Source of the DNA: Hyalangium minutum
Lineage (GTDB): Bacteria > Myxococcota > Myxococcia > Myxococcales > Myxococcaceae
DNA length: 64,000 nt
Direction of reading: 5' to 3'
Assembly: GCF_000737315.1 (NCBI RefSeq)
Contig: NZ_JMCB01000004.1
Location: 62,001 to 126,000, forward strand
Shown one piece after another: positions 47,809 to 57,715 of this stretch. Every line of letters begins with the position of its first letter. Position 1 is the first letter of the stretch. Below the pieces are notes generated by a model, which ran no database searches, was not told where the DNA came from, and saw only the letters and a program-made list of their open reading frames with translations. A program made the translations under genes and the position numbers.

Positions 47809-48168
47809 CTACTCAGGCCGGGGCGGCTCGTCCGCTCCAGGTACCAGAATCTTCTCGCCACGCATGCGGGCTCGGAACACCGCAGCCCGCATCAGAAAGA
47901 GGGTGGTGATCGGCGCGGTGAGAGCAATGAACACCGCGATGAGCAGCGCATGAAGATAGAGCTGGCTGTGCTCGAAGGAGATCTGCACCGCCGTGGCGAG
48001 TGCGAAGCCCCAGGTTCCCAGGGTCGCGCCCAAGGTCGGCGCGTGCACGCGCTGAAAGAAGCTCTTCAGACGCAGCAACCCGAACGAGCCGAGCAGTGCC
48101 GCCAGAGCGCCCACCACCACGAGCAACGCGGTCAGAGTATCCACCCACAGAGGAGTCCATCCGTTCAT
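47809..48168 (-). CDS. phaG: Pha/Mrp cation:H+ antiporter subunit G
   Basis: GSFGLLRLKSFFQRVHAPTLGATLG, TAPI. Confidence 0.93.
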   Translation of the reverse strand: MNGWTPLWVDTLTALLVVVGALAALLGSFGLLRLKSFFQRVHAPTLGATLGTWGFALATAVQISFEHSQLYLHALLIAVFIALTAPITTLFLMRAAVFRARMRGEKILVPGADEPPRPE

Positions 48169-48443
48169 TCGATGATCTCCCCGCGCAGGAGGAACTTGGA
48201 CATTGCCGTGGAGCCCACGAACCCAAACAGGGCGATCAACAGCGCCGCCTCGAAGTAGGAACTGCTGCGGTAGATAAGCCCGAGCGCGAGGATGACCAGC
48301 ATCACGTTCAGGTACAGGCAGTCGAACGCCAGCACGCGGTCCTCCGCCCGGGGTCCGAGAATCATCCGTGCCAGTGCCAGCATCATCGCGAGGGCAAGAC
48401 AGCCCAGGGCGAAGGCCAGCGCCCAGGAGAGGAGAGGGCTCAT
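48165..48443 (-). CDS. phaF: Pha/Mrp antiporter subunit F
   Basis: GPRAEDRVLAFDCL, ALFGFVGSTAMSKFLLRGEIIE; ATGA overlaps. Confidence 0.93.
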   Translation of the reverse strand: MSPLLSWALAFALGCLALAMMLALARMILGPRAEDRVLAFDCLYLNVMLVILALGLIYRSSSYFEAALLIALFGFVGSTAMSKFLLRGEIIE

Positions 48444-48928
48444 TCGAAGATCTCCTGGAGCGAGCGCTCGTAGCGCTGCTTGATGAAAGCCACCAAAGCC
48501 TCCTCGCTCTGAATGGCGAGCACGTGCAGCAGCAGGACGCGATTGTCCGCCGACAGTTGTGCCCAGGCCGTGCCCGGCGTGAAAGTGACGATCATCGCCA
48601 GCACCGCCAACCCATTCGGATCCTTCAGCTCGAGCGGGATTTGGACAAACCCGGAGCGAACGGCGCTCGAGCGCTGGGTGAGGATCACCCAGGCCACCTC
48701 TGCGTTCGACCGCAACATCTCGAGCACGACCCGGCAGAACAGGCGTGCCATGACGAAGGGCTTGCGCAACCGCACGGGGGCGGGCCTGAGTCGGACGGTG
48801 ACCACGGGCCAGAACAGCGCCAGGGCGGCGCCCAATACCAGCGTGCCCGCGCTCACCGACTGCATGAGCAGAATCCAGAGCAGGAGCAGTGCCACCGAGA
48901 GCACAGGGAAAGGGATGAGCCTCCTCAT
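48440..48928 (-). CDS. phaE: Pha/Mrp antiporter subunit E
   Basis: IVTFTPGTAW, LLLHVL, IKQRYERSLQEIFE. Confidence 0.93.
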   Translation of the reverse strand: MRRLIPFPVLSVALLLLWILLMQSVSAGTLVLGAALALFWPVVTVRLRPAPVRLRKPFVMARLFCRVVLEMLRSNAEVAWVILTQRSSAVRSGFVQIPLELKDPNGLAVLAMIVTFTPGTAWAQLSADNRVLLLHVLAIQSEEALVAFIKQRYERSLQEIFE

Positions 48929-50565
48929 CGATCGTCCTCCCGCACCGTGGCCGGCGGCCGTACCGCTGCTCCGAGAACCGCGTCAATGTACCCCCGGCGG
49001 TCATAGAGGGATTGCGCCGTCGCGCGCGCGAGCTCCATCGTGGGCCCCGCTGCGAGCGTCAGCACTCCGCATGCGGCGAGGAGCGCCACCAGGGGCAACC
49101 CCTCCGGCGCACGAACCTGCGGGGGCGTGCGCTGCATCTCTGGCCAGAAAGTCCGGATCCCTGTCCGCGTGAGCGCGATGAGGGTGAGCAAGCCGCAACC
49201 CAGCAGCACGCCGGTGAACAGCCATGCACGGGGGGAGACAGGCGCGCTCCCGGAGCCCGGCCCAAGCGCCGCCGACAACATGCCGAGCTTGCCGATGAAG
49301 GTGGAAAGGGGAGGCAGGCCCGAGGTGAGCAGCGTGCACGCGACGAAGGCCATGCCCATCAGCGCGGTGGAAGCGGGGAAGGGCAGGGCGACGAGCGGCT
49401 CCCCCTCGTCGTCGAGGTTGACCTCCTGCGCTTCGAGCGTTGCGCTCAGGAAGGGCGCCTCGTCCACCGCCGTCGACCCCGTGCGCCACCGCTCGACAAG
49501 GTCAACGAGCAGGAAGAACGCGCTGGAGGCCAGCGTGGAGCTCACCAGGTAGAACATCGCGGAGCCGAGGACGGCTTCCTCTCCCAGCCCCAGTGCGGCC
49601 AGGAGCGTCCCGGCGGAGACCATCACCCCCGCCGCCGCCTGGACCGCGAGCCGCTGCGAGGCGATCATCCCCAGGGCCGCGAGCACCGCGGAGACCCCTC
49701 CGAACACGAACAGGCCGTCCGCGCCGAACCCCGCCAATGGCCCCCCGGCGAACATCAGCGTCCACAGCCGCATCAGTGCGTAGACACCGACCTTTGTCAG
49801 CACGGCGAACATCGCTGCCACGGGCGGAGTCGCCGACGCATAGGCGGGGACGAGCCAGAAGTTGAGCGGCCAGGCCGCCGCCTTGGCCAGGAACGCCACC
49901 GCGAGGATGGCTGCTCCCGCGTCGATGAGGTGTCTGTTGGCTACGTTCCCCTCGGAAAGGCGCGCGGAGAGCTCCGCCATGTTCAGCGTCCCCGTGACGC
50001 CGTAGATCATCGACACGCCGATGAGGAACAGTGACGAGGCGGCCAGGTTCACCGCCACGTAGTGCACCCCCGCGCGGACCCGCGGCTTTCCAGCGCCGTG
50101 CAGCAACAGGCCGTACGAGGCGGCGAGCAGGATCTCGAAGAAGACGAAGAGGTTGAAGACGTCGGCCGTCAGGAACGCGCCCGAGAGCCCCATGAGCTGC
50201 AGTTGAAAGAGCGGGTGGAAGTGAACGCCCGCGCGGTGCCAGCGCGCGGAGGCGAAGGAGAGCGCGCAGGTGCCCAGGATCCACGTCAGCACCAGCAGTC
50301 CCGCCGAGAGGCGGTCCACCGCGAGCGTGATTCCGAACGGCGCGGGCCAGTTGCCGGGCAGGTAGGCCACCGCGCCGTAGGCGTCCACCCAAGCGAAGAG
50401 TGCCACCGAGAGGGCGAGCCCCAGGAGCGCGGAGCTCATCCCCAGCACCAGCTTGGCGGGGCGCCTTCCCTCGCCCATGAGGACCATCACCGCCGCGATC
50501 AACATCGGCAGGAGGATGGGGGCCACCATCAAGTGGGGCATCAGGCCTTGGATGAGTGCCGTCAT
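48925..50565 (-). CDS. phaD: Pha/Mrp antiporter subunit D
   Basis: GNWPAPFGITLAVDRLS, DVFNLFVFFEILL, LTKVGVY. Confidence 0.95.
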   Translation of the reverse strand: MTALIQGLMPHLMVAPILLPMLIAAVMVLMGEGRRPAKLVLGMSSALLGLALSVALFAWVDAYGAVAYLPGNWPAPFGITLAVDRLSAGLLVLTWILGTCALSFASARWHRAGVHFHPLFQLQLMGLSGAFLTADVFNLFVFFEILLAASYGLLLHGAGKPRVRAGVHYVAVNLAASSLFLIGVSMIYGVTGTLNMAELSARLSEGNVANRHLIDAGAAILAVAFLAKAAAWPLNFWLVPAYASATPPVAAMFAVLTKVGVYALMRLWTLMFAGGPLAGFGADGLFVFGGVSAVLAALGMIASQRLAVQAAAGVMVSAGTLLAALGLGEEAVLGSAMFYLVSSTLASSAFFLLVDLVERWRTGSTAVDEAPFLSATLEAQEVNLDDEGEPLVALPFPASTALMGMAFVACTLLTSGLPPLSTFIGKLGMLSAALGPGSGSAPVSPRAWLFTGVLLGCGLLTLIALTRTGIRTFWPEMQRTPPQVRAPEGLPLVALLAACGVLTLAAGPTMELARATAQSLYDRRGYIDAVLGAAVRPPATVREDDR

Positions 50566-50900
50566 GCCTCGGTGCCGTCCACGTGATCAGTCCCGGTCAT
50601 CCCGCGTGAGGCCAGGACGATGACCAGGAGGAGGGCCGTCATCGCAAAGCTGATGACGATGGCTGTCAGCACGAGCGCCTGAGGGACCGGATCCGTGTAG
50701 TGGGCGAGGTCCGGTGGGACGCCGTCCGCGAGGATGGGCTCCTTGTCGATGGCCAGGCCGCCGATGCTGAAGATGAAGAGGTTGACCGCGTAGGAGATGA
50801 GCGACAGTCCGACGACCAGCTGGAACGTGCGGGGCCGCAGCAGGAGCCAGACGCCCGAGCCGATCAAGATGCCGATCGCGAGTGCAAGTACAACTTCCAT
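50562..50900 (-). CDS. phaC: Pha/Mrp antiporter subunit C
   Basis: DPVPQALVLTAIVISFA. Confidence 0.95.
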   Translation of the reverse strand: MEVVLALAIGILIGSGVWLLLRPRTFQLVVGLSLISYAVNLFIFSIGGLAIDKEPILADGVPPDLAHYTDPVPQALVLTAIVISFAMTALLLVIVLASRGMTGTDHVDGTEA

Positions 50901-53800
50901 CAGTTACCTCCCGAGGCCCGGTGAGCGCGGATGGACTGGTGCGCGAGCGCCACGAGGATGAGCAACGTGGAGCCCAGCACCAGGCAGAACACGCCCAGGT
51001 CGAAGAACAGCGCGCTTCCGATGTGGAGCTCGCCCAGCACCGGCACGCTCAGATGGAAGGTGTGCGAGGTGAGCAGCGGGTACCCGACGGCGAGCGCCCC
51101 CGCGGCCGTGCCGAGGACAAACAGGAGCCCCATGCCTATCAGCGCGCGCGGCGCGAGGCGCACCCGCTGCTCGATCCACTCCGTCCCGGAGACGATGTAC
51201 TGGAGCAGGAAGCCCACCGACATCACCAGCCCTGCCACGAACCCGCCACCCGGCGCGTTGTGTCCACGCAGGAAGAAGAACGCCGCCACGACTCCCGAGA
51301 CGGGCAGGAGCAAGCGGATCAGCACCGCTGGGATTGTCAGGTAACCCGTCGCCGTGTCGCGCGTCTCTCGTGGAGTCACCAGATCTGTCTGCACGTCCTT
51401 CGGCTGCGCCTGCTGTTGAGGAGGGAGCTTCATCACCTCGGACGCGGGCCGGAAGCGCCGCAGGAGCGCGTAGACCGTGAGCGCGACGAGCGAGAGCACC
51501 ACCCCCTCCCCGAAGGTGTCGAACCCGCGGAAGTCCACCAGCATCACGTTCACCACGTTCCGCCCGCCTCCGCCGCTCAGTGAGTGCTCGAGGAAGAAGG
51601 AGGTGCGCTCGGGGAGCTCGCGCGTCATCACCGCATAGGCCAGGAGCGCCATCCCGCAGCCGCTGCTCACCGCGATGATGAAGTCGCGGATTCGCCGGCC
51701 TCTGGCGATCCGCCGGGTATGCGCATCGTACACGCCGCGAGCTGGCTCCCGCGCCGGGAGCCACCTGAGCCCGAGCAGGATGAGCAGCGTCGTCACCACC
51801 TCCACGATGAGCTGGGTGAGCGCCAGATCCGGAGCGGAGAACCAGATGAACGTGATGCAGCTCACCGCGCCCGCGGTCCCCAAGAGCATGAGCGAGGCAA
51901 GCCGGTGGAACTTGGCCTGCCAGGCGGCTCCCACCGCCGCGATGCCTCCGATGACCCACAGCGCGGTGAACACCGGAGAGAGCGGTACCAGCGGGCGATC
52001 TCCCTTGCCGATGCCACCCCACAGCGCCACGACGCCTACCAGCAGCGTGACCAGCACCATCGCCATCAACTGCCGCTGGAGCCCCGCGGTGAGGAGCCAG
52101 CGGCGGATCCACCGGCTCGCCGCGGTGAGCCACGCCAGCAGTGACGTGAAGAGCCGCGCGCCATCGAACCGCTCCACGAAGCGGCCTCCGAGGCCCACCC
52201 GTGCCGCCTTCAGCCGCTGGACCCCCCGGTACAACACCACGCCCCCCCCCAGCGCCAGCGCGCTCATGAGGAGCGGAGGCGTGAACCCATGCCAGAGCTT
52301 GAGGCTGTAGGGGGGGATCTGTCCGCCCACGACCGGCCGGGACGCGGCCTCGAGAATCGGCCCGATCGACACCGCGGGAGCGACGCCCACCACCAGGCAC
52401 AGGAGGACCAGGATCTCGACGGGGACGCGCATCCACTTGGGCGGCTCCTCCGGAACACGCGGGGTGTTCCGCTCGCTGGCGGGTCCGAAGAACACCTGCA
52501 CCGCGAACCGGAGCGAGTAGGCGACGCTCCCCATGCCCGCCAGGGTCGCCGCGATGGGCAGGCCCACCTGGACTGCGGGAATGGCGTCGATGAAGACGGT
52601 CTCGGCGAAGAACATCTCCTTCGACAGGAAGCCATTGAGCAGGGGAACACCCGCCATCGCCGCCGTGGCGACGAGCGCCAGCGTGCCGGTGATGGGCATC
52701 AGGCGGAAGAGCCCCGACAGCCGCCGGATGTCCCGCGTCCCCGTCTCATGATCGATGATGCCCACCGCCATGAACAGCGACGCCTTGAAGGCCGCGTGGT
52801 TCATGATGTGGAACACCGCCGCCACCGCCGCGAGCGGGCTGTTGAGCCCGAGCAGCAGCACCACCAGCCCCAGGTGCGAGATGGTGGAGTATGCGAGCAG
52901 CCCCTTCAGGTCGCGCTGGAACAGCGCCGCCCACGCGCCGAGCAGCAGCGTGACGAGCCCCGCGGAGCCAGTGAGCCAGAACCAGAGCTCCGTCCCAGAC
53001 AGCACCGGCCACAGCCGCGCCAGCAGGAACACGCCCAGCTTCACCATGGTCGCCGAGTGCAGATACGCCGACACCGGCGTGGGCGCCGCCATCGCGTTCG
53101 GGAGCCAGAAGTGGAAGGGGAACTGGGCGCTCTTGGTGAACGCGCCGATGAGGATGAGGCAGAGCGCCACCGGGTAGAGGGGATGGGACTGGACTGCCTG
53201 CGCGCTCCCGAGGACGGTGTCCAGTTCGTAGCTGCCGGCAATCTTCCCGAGCACCAGCAGCCCCGCGAGGAGGCTCAGGCCGCCCATACCGGTGACCGTG
53301 AGCGCCATCCGGGCCCCCCGCTGTGCGTCCTTCCGCTGGTTCCAGTAGCCAATGAGCAGGAACGAGAAGAGGGACGTCAGCTCCCAGAAGAAGGCAAGCT
53401 GCAGCAAATTTCCCGAGAGGGCCACGCCCAGCATCGCCCCCATGAAGGCCAGCAGGAAGGCGAAGAACCTGGGCACGGGATCCGACGGTGAGAGGTAGTA
53501 GCGCGCATACAGCATCACCAGCGCGCCGATGCCCAGCACGAGCACGCAGAAGGTCCACGAGAAGCCGTCGAGCCGCAGCACGAGGCTGAGCCCGAGCGAG
53601 GGGACCCACGCGAAGCGCTCGGCCCACACGCCCCCGTCCTGGACGCTCGGGAAGTGGAGCGCCACGCCCACGAGGCCCGCCAGCGCGGTGAGCCCCGCGA
53701 GCCCCGCTGCGCGGTTCCGGGCACTCGTGGGCAGCAATGCCGCGATGACACCGGCAACCCAGGGAATGACCAGGAGGGCAAGGAGGGGCATCCCTGGCAT
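50900..53800 (-). CDS. phaA: Pha/Mrp antiporter fused subunit A/B (alternative start 53791)
   Basis: FWELTS, TKSAQFPFHFWLPNAMAAPTPVSAYLHSATMVK, APDLALTQ, DFRGFDT, GHNAPGGGF. Confidence 0.95.
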   Translation of the reverse strand: MPGMPLLALLVIPWVAGVIAALLPTSARNRAAGLAGLTALAGLVGVALHFPSVQDGGVWAERFAWVPSLGLSLVLRLDGFSWTFCVLVLGIGALVMLYARYYLSPSDPVPRFFAFLLAFMGAMLGVALSGNLLQLAFFWELTSLFSFLLIGYWNQRKDAQRGARMALTVTGMGGLSLLAGLLVLGKIAGSYELDTVLGSAQAVQSHPLYPVALCLILIGAFTKSAQFPFHFWLPNAMAAPTPVSAYLHSATMVKLGVFLLARLWPVLSGTELWFWLTGSAGLVTLLLGAWAALFQRDLKGLLAYSTISHLGLVVLLLGLNSPLAAVAAVFHIMNHAAFKASLFMAVGIIDHETGTRDIRRLSGLFRLMPITGTLALVATAAMAGVPLLNGFLSKEMFFAETVFIDAIPAVQVGLPIAATLAGMGSVAYSLRFAVQVFFGPASERNTPRVPEEPPKWMRVPVEILVLLCLVVGVAPAVSIGPILEAASRPVVGGQIPPYSLKLWHGFTPPLLMSALALGGGVVLYRGVQRLKAARVGLGGRFVERFDGARLFTSLLAWLTAASRWIRRWLLTAGLQRQLMAMVLVTLLVGVVALWGGIGKGDRPLVPLSPVFTALWVIGGIAAVGAAWQAKFHRLASLMLLGTAGAVSCITFIWFSAPDLALTQLIVEVVTTLLILLGLRWLPAREPARGVYDAHTRRIARGRRIRDFIIAVSSGCGMALLAYAVMTRELPERTSFFLEHSLSGGGGRNVVNVMLVDFRGFDTFGEGVVLSLVALTVYALLRRFRPASEVMKLPPQQQAQPKDVQTDLVTPRETRDTATGYLTIPAVLIRLLLPVSGVVAAFFFLRGHNAPGGGFVAGLVMSVGFLLQYIVSGTEWIEQRVRLAPRALIGMGLLFVLGTAAGALAVGYPLLTSHTFHLSVPVLGELHIGSALFFDLGVFCLVLGSTLLILVALAHQSIRAHRASGGN

Positions 53801-53996
53801 TGCGCCAACCTGTTCGTTCCCACGGCAAGCAGTAATGAGAAGAAAGGCGGCGGAGGGCGTTGGGTAAGTAACGGATGGAGCGCCGTGGGAGGCCTTGGCG
53901 ACCAGCCCTTGAGGGTCTGTCCGAGGAGCACGCGGCACGACAGCCCTTGTGGCCCCTCCTCCTGCGCCCCACTTCTTTCCGTAGGAGAGACCTTCC

Positions 53997-54680
53997 ATGG
54001 TGCGTTTTCGAGATCGCTTCGAGGCGGGCCGTGTTCTCGCTGGGCGTCTGCACGCCTATGCCGGCCGCGGCGATGTGCTCGTGCTGGCGCTGCCACGTGG
54101 CGGCGTTCCCGTGGGCTTCGAGGTCGCGCGGAGGCTCGGTGCGCCTCTGGACGTGTTCGTGGTGCGCAAGCTCGGCACGCCGGGCCACGAGGAGCTGGCC
54201 ATGGGGGCCATCGCCACGGGGGGCGTCCGGGTCCTCAACGAGGACGTCGTCGAGAGCCTCAACATCCCCGAGAGGGCCATCGCGCGCGCCACCGAGCGCG
54301 AGGAGCTGGAGCTGGCCCGGAGGGAGCGGCTCTTCCGGGGCAGCAGACCGCCGCCCCGCATCGAGGGCCAGACGGTGATTCTCGTGGATGACGGGCTGGC
54401 CACCGGCTCCACCATGCGGGCTGGGCTCATGGCGCTGCGCCAGCGGGCGCCCGCTCGCCTCGTGGCCGCCGTCCCCGTGGGCGCCCCCGAGACATGTGCG
54501 GAACTCCAGGAGCTTGCAGACGAGGTGATCTGCGCCATCACGCCCGAGCCCTTCTTCGCGGTGGGCCAGTGGTACGGGGACTTCATGCAGACCTCCGACG
54601 AAGAGGTGTACGAACTGCTGGAGCGCGCGGCGCACGAGCATGAGGAGCGAGGGGCGGGGGCCTCTCCAGAAGCCCCTTGA
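53997..54680 (+). CDS. Phosphoribosyltransferase-family protein
   Basis: FRDRFEAG, LPRGGVPV, VRKLGTPGHEELAMGAI, ILVDDGLATG. Confidence 0.92.
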   Translation: MVRFRDRFEAGRVLAGRLHAYAGRGDVLVLALPRGGVPVGFEVARRLGAPLDVFVVRKLGTPGHEELAMGAIATGGVRVLNEDVVESLNIPERAIARATEREELELARRERLFRGSRPPPRIEGQTVILVDDGLATGSTMRAGLMALRQRAPARLVAAVPVGAPETCAELQELADEVICAITPEPFFAVGQWYGDFMQTSDEEVYELLERAAHEHEERGAGASPEAP

Positions 54681-54740
54681 GCCCAGCGGGAGAGGCGTGC
54701 GGCAGGTGCCTGCCCCGCCTGAAGAGCGGAGGGACAGACC

Positions 54741-55445
54741 ATGGCGGAGCGCGGTGTCACGGAACACGAGGTGCAGGTCGAGGCGGAGCCCGGTGTGCGG
54801 CTGGAGGGCACCTTGAGCGTGCCGGAGATGGCCTTGGGCGTGGTGCTGTTCGCCCACGGCAGTGGCAGTAGCCGGTTCAGTCCTCGCAACCGGTACGTCG
54901 CCAGCGTGCTCCAGCGTGCGGGGTTGGCGACGCTCCTCATCGATCTGCTGACGGCGGGCGAGGAGGAATCCGAGCGGTGGACGCGCCACTTGCGCTTCGA
55001 CATCGAACTGCTGGCGCGGCGGCTCATCGGAGCCAAGCAGTGGCTGATGCAGGCGCCGGAGCTGCGAGGACAGTCCATCGGCTTGTTCGGGTCGAGCACG
55101 GGGGCGGCGGCTGCGCTCGTGGCCGCGGCGCGTGAGCCCGAGTCCATGGGTGCCGTGGTGTCTCGGGGAGGCCGGCCAGACCTGGCGGGCCTCGTGCTGC
55201 CCCATGTGCGGGCGCCCACGCTGCTCATCGTGGGCGGGGACGACGTGGAGGTGCTGGAGCTCAACCGCGAGGCGTTGGATGCGCTGCGCACCGTCAAGCG
55301 GTTGGAGGTGGTTCCGGGGGCGAGCCACCTCTTCGAGGAGCCGGGGACGCTCGAGCAGGTAGCCAGGCTGGCCCGGGACTGGTTCCTCCAGCAGTTTGCC
55401 GCCGCTTCGCGCGAGAGCCCGGCGGGCGAGCCGCCGTCCTGGTGA
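54741..55445 (+). CDS. Dienelactone hydrolase-family alpha/beta hydrolase
   Basis: FAHGSGSSRFSPRN, GSSTG, SRGGRPDLA, PGASHLFEEPG. Confidence 0.9.
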   Translation: MAERGVTEHEVQVEAEPGVRLEGTLSVPEMALGVVLFAHGSGSSRFSPRNRYVASVLQRAGLATLLIDLLTAGEEESERWTRHLRFDIELLARRLIGAKQWLMQAPELRGQSIGLFGSSTGAAAALVAAAREPESMGAVVSRGGRPDLAGLVLPHVRAPTLLIVGGDDVEVLELNREALDALRTVKRLEVVPGASHLFEEPGTLEQVARLARDWFLQQFAAASRESPAGEPPSW

Positions 55446-55458
55446 AGCGCCAGGACCC

Positions 55459-55552
55459 TGGCAAAATGCCTGGGTGGGTGTGGCACGTTGCCACGGTCTC
55501 TCGTGCCTTGAGGTGGAGTCACGTGGGCGGTCACGCAGGTTCGTAAGTTGCT
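55459..55552 (+). promoter_or_regulatory. Tandem palindromic enhancer + sigma54 promoter, copy 1 (HK-EBP operon)
   Basis: TGGCAAAATGCCT 55459, TGGCACGTTGCCA 55481, 44 nt, AGGTTCGTAAGTTGCT 55537-55552. Confidence 0.7.
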
Positions 55553-55594
55553 AAGGATGGCGGCCCCCCCTTGGGACGTTGAGCAGTCCACTCC

Positions 55595-57715
55595 ATGCGC
55601 CATCCTCTGGTCCCCATCCTCCTGCTCTGTGCCGCGCTCGCCGCTGTGGGAGGAGGCGTGCTCATGGTCCTCCAGCGCAGCCGCGCCGAGCTGGTGCAGC
55701 AGTTTGCCCGCGACCGTCAGGCCCAGCTCGATGAGGCGGCTCGGGGTGTGGCCGAGGCACTGGAGGACGTCAGCGAGGATCTCCTCTTCGCCGGAGAGCT
55801 CCTCTCCCAACCCGGAACCTCCGAAGATCATCGGCGCGAGCTGAGGGCCCTGTTGGAGGTCATCGGTCAGTACAAGACCATTGCCTCCTATGACGCGGCC
55901 GGCATCGAGCAGCTCCGGCTGGTGGATCGGCGTGCCGACCCCCTGGTCGTCCAGGGAAAGTTCTTCCCCGCCCTCTCGGAGACTGCGCTCCGGGCGCTTG
56001 AGCGGCCCCCAGGGGACATCACCAGCTCTCCGCCTCTGGCCGTCGGCGCGGAGGGGGGCTGGCTGCGCATCCTCGCCACCGCGATCCCCAGCGAGGAAGG
56101 CCAGCCTCGAGGTGCTGTCGCCGTCCTGGTGGACACGCAGTCCCTCTTCGCTCCGCTCAAGATCGTCACCTCGGATCCCGAGGCACGTCTGCTGCTCATC
56201 GGCGCGCACGGACGGCCCAGCCCTGCCAGTGATGCAGGGCTCGCTGACTGGTACCGGCGGCTGGAGACAGAGCAGGGGCTCGTCCCCACGTACGCCGAGC
56301 TGGCCTCGAAGATGAAGAGTGGCGAGCGCGGCACGCTGATGATCAGCGAGCAAGAAGCGGAACGGCTGGGCCTGGGAAGGGCCGAGGCCGTCGCCGCCTT
56401 CACCGCCATGCAGCTCAAGGGCGGCAGCCACTGGTCCGCCGCCACCCTGGTCTCCACCCATACACTGCGCTCCCACGAGCGGGGGCTCATCTTCCGTCTG
56501 TCGCTGGCGGCCCTCCTGGTGACGCTGTTCCTGGTGGCGTTCGGGATCTACGTCTTCGTGGCCCAGCGCCGCGCTGTAGCCCTGCGCGAGAGCCGCCGGC
56601 ATGCGGATCGGCTCGCGCACCTGCACGACAAGACCCAGAAGATCCTCGACAACATCCCCACTGGGGTGCTGGCCCTGACCGCCGAAGGACGCATCAGCGC
56701 TGTGAACCAGGCCCTGCGCTCCCGGATGCCCTCCCGTGTCGTCGGCATCTCCCTGGCCGAGGCCTTCCCCCATGCGCCCGAGCCGGTGATGAGCCGGATG
56801 CAGGGGCTCGTGGAGGCCGCCACCCGTGAGACCCGTGTGCGCAGCCTCTTGGGAGAACCGCTGGCCCTCTTCGGCGAGGAAGGCCAGTACAGCATCCACG
56901 CCGTGCCGCTGGAGGCCCGCGAGCCCGAGGTGCGCACGCTCCTCGTCGTCGAGGATCTCAGCAACCTCCGCGCCCTGGAGACCCAGCTCCTGCGCGCCGA
57001 GAAGTTCGCCACCGTGGGCGTACTCGCCGCGGGCATTGCTCACGAGATCGGCACGCCCCTGGGCGTGGTCCGAGGCCGCGCGGAGTATGTCCTCGGCAAG
57101 CTGGGCTCAGGCCATCCTCAGGCAGCCGGTGTGGGCGTCATCATCGAGCAAATCGATCATGTGAGCCGGACCATCCGCCAGCTGCTCGACTTCTCGCGGC
57201 TCCAGCCCGCGGCGGTGCGTCCGGTGGCGCTCGGGCCGCTGCTGCGCGACGTGAGCGAGCTGCTCCGCCTGGAGGCCGAGCGGCGTCAGGTCCGCCTCGA
57301 GTGGGAGCTCCCAGAGGGAGTGCCCGCGATCGCCGCTGATCCCGATCAGATCCAGCAGGTGCTCGTGAACCTGGCGCTCAATGCGTGTGATGCGTGCAGT
57401 GCCGGAGGCCGTGTCCGCCTGAAGGCCGCGGCGCCGGATGCGTCCTCCTCGAGCGCCTGGGGGCTCGTGCCGGTCACCGTCGAGGACGATGGGTGCGGAA
57501 TTCCGCCGGAGAGTCTCAACCAGGTGTTTGATCCCTTCTTCACGACGAAGAAGCGAGGGCAGGGAACCGGGCTCGGCTTGACGGTGGTCGCGCACGTCGT
57601 CCGCAACCATGGTGGGCGGGTGGAACTGGAGAGCAAGCCCGGGCGTGGCACGTGTGTCACCGTGCTCTGGCCCGCGGCGGGGCCCGCCGTGACAGAGGAG
57701 CAGCATGGCATCTAA
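55595..57715 (+). CDS. Membrane sensor histidine kinase (periplasmic Cache-like, PAS, HisKA, HATPase)
   Basis: Two TMs; AHEIGTPLG; NLALNA; DDGCGI; FFTTK; GTGLGL. Confidence 0.93.
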   Translation: MRHPLVPILLLCAALAAVGGGVLMVLQRSRAELVQQFARDRQAQLDEAARGVAEALEDVSEDLLFAGELLSQPGTSEDHRRELRALLEVIGQYKTIASYDAAGIEQLRLVDRRADPLVVQGKFFPALSETALRALERPPGDITSSPPLAVGAEGGWLRILATAIPSEEGQPRGAVAVLVDTQSLFAPLKIVTSDPEARLLLIGAHGRPSPASDAGLADWYRRLETEQGLVPTYAELASKMKSGERGTLMISEQEAERLGLGRAEAVAAFTAMQLKGGSHWSAATLVSTHTLRSHERGLIFRLSLAALLVTLFLVAFGIYVFVAQRRAVALRESRRHADRLAHLHDKTQKILDNIPTGVLALTAEGRISAVNQALRSRMPSRVVGISLAEAFPHAPEPVMSRMQGLVEAATRETRVRSLLGEPLALFGEEGQYSIHAVPLEAREPEVRTLLVVEDLSNLRALETQLLRAEKFATVGVLAAGIAHEIGTPLGVVRGRAEYVLGKLGSGHPQAAGVGVIIEQIDHVSRTIRQLLDFSRLQPAAVRPVALGPLLRDVSELLRLEAERRQVRLEWELPEGVPAIAADPDQIQQVLVNLALNACDACSAGGRVRLKAAAPDASSSSAWGLVPVTVEDDGCGIPPESLNQVFDPFFTTKKRGQGTGLGLTVVAHVVRNHGGRVELESKPGRGTCVTVLWPAAGPAVTEEQHGI

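Noticed and set aside
53896-53950. Possible fifth enhancer/promoter before the PRTase (TGGCGACCAGCCC; GGCACGACAGCCCT)
   Set aside because: Single imperfect box, no partner at 21-22 bp, and no TTGC at -12.
47809-55445. Pha/Mrp operon and PRTase/dienelactone hydrolase pair as novel
   Set aside because: Complete, canonical and widespread gene sets.
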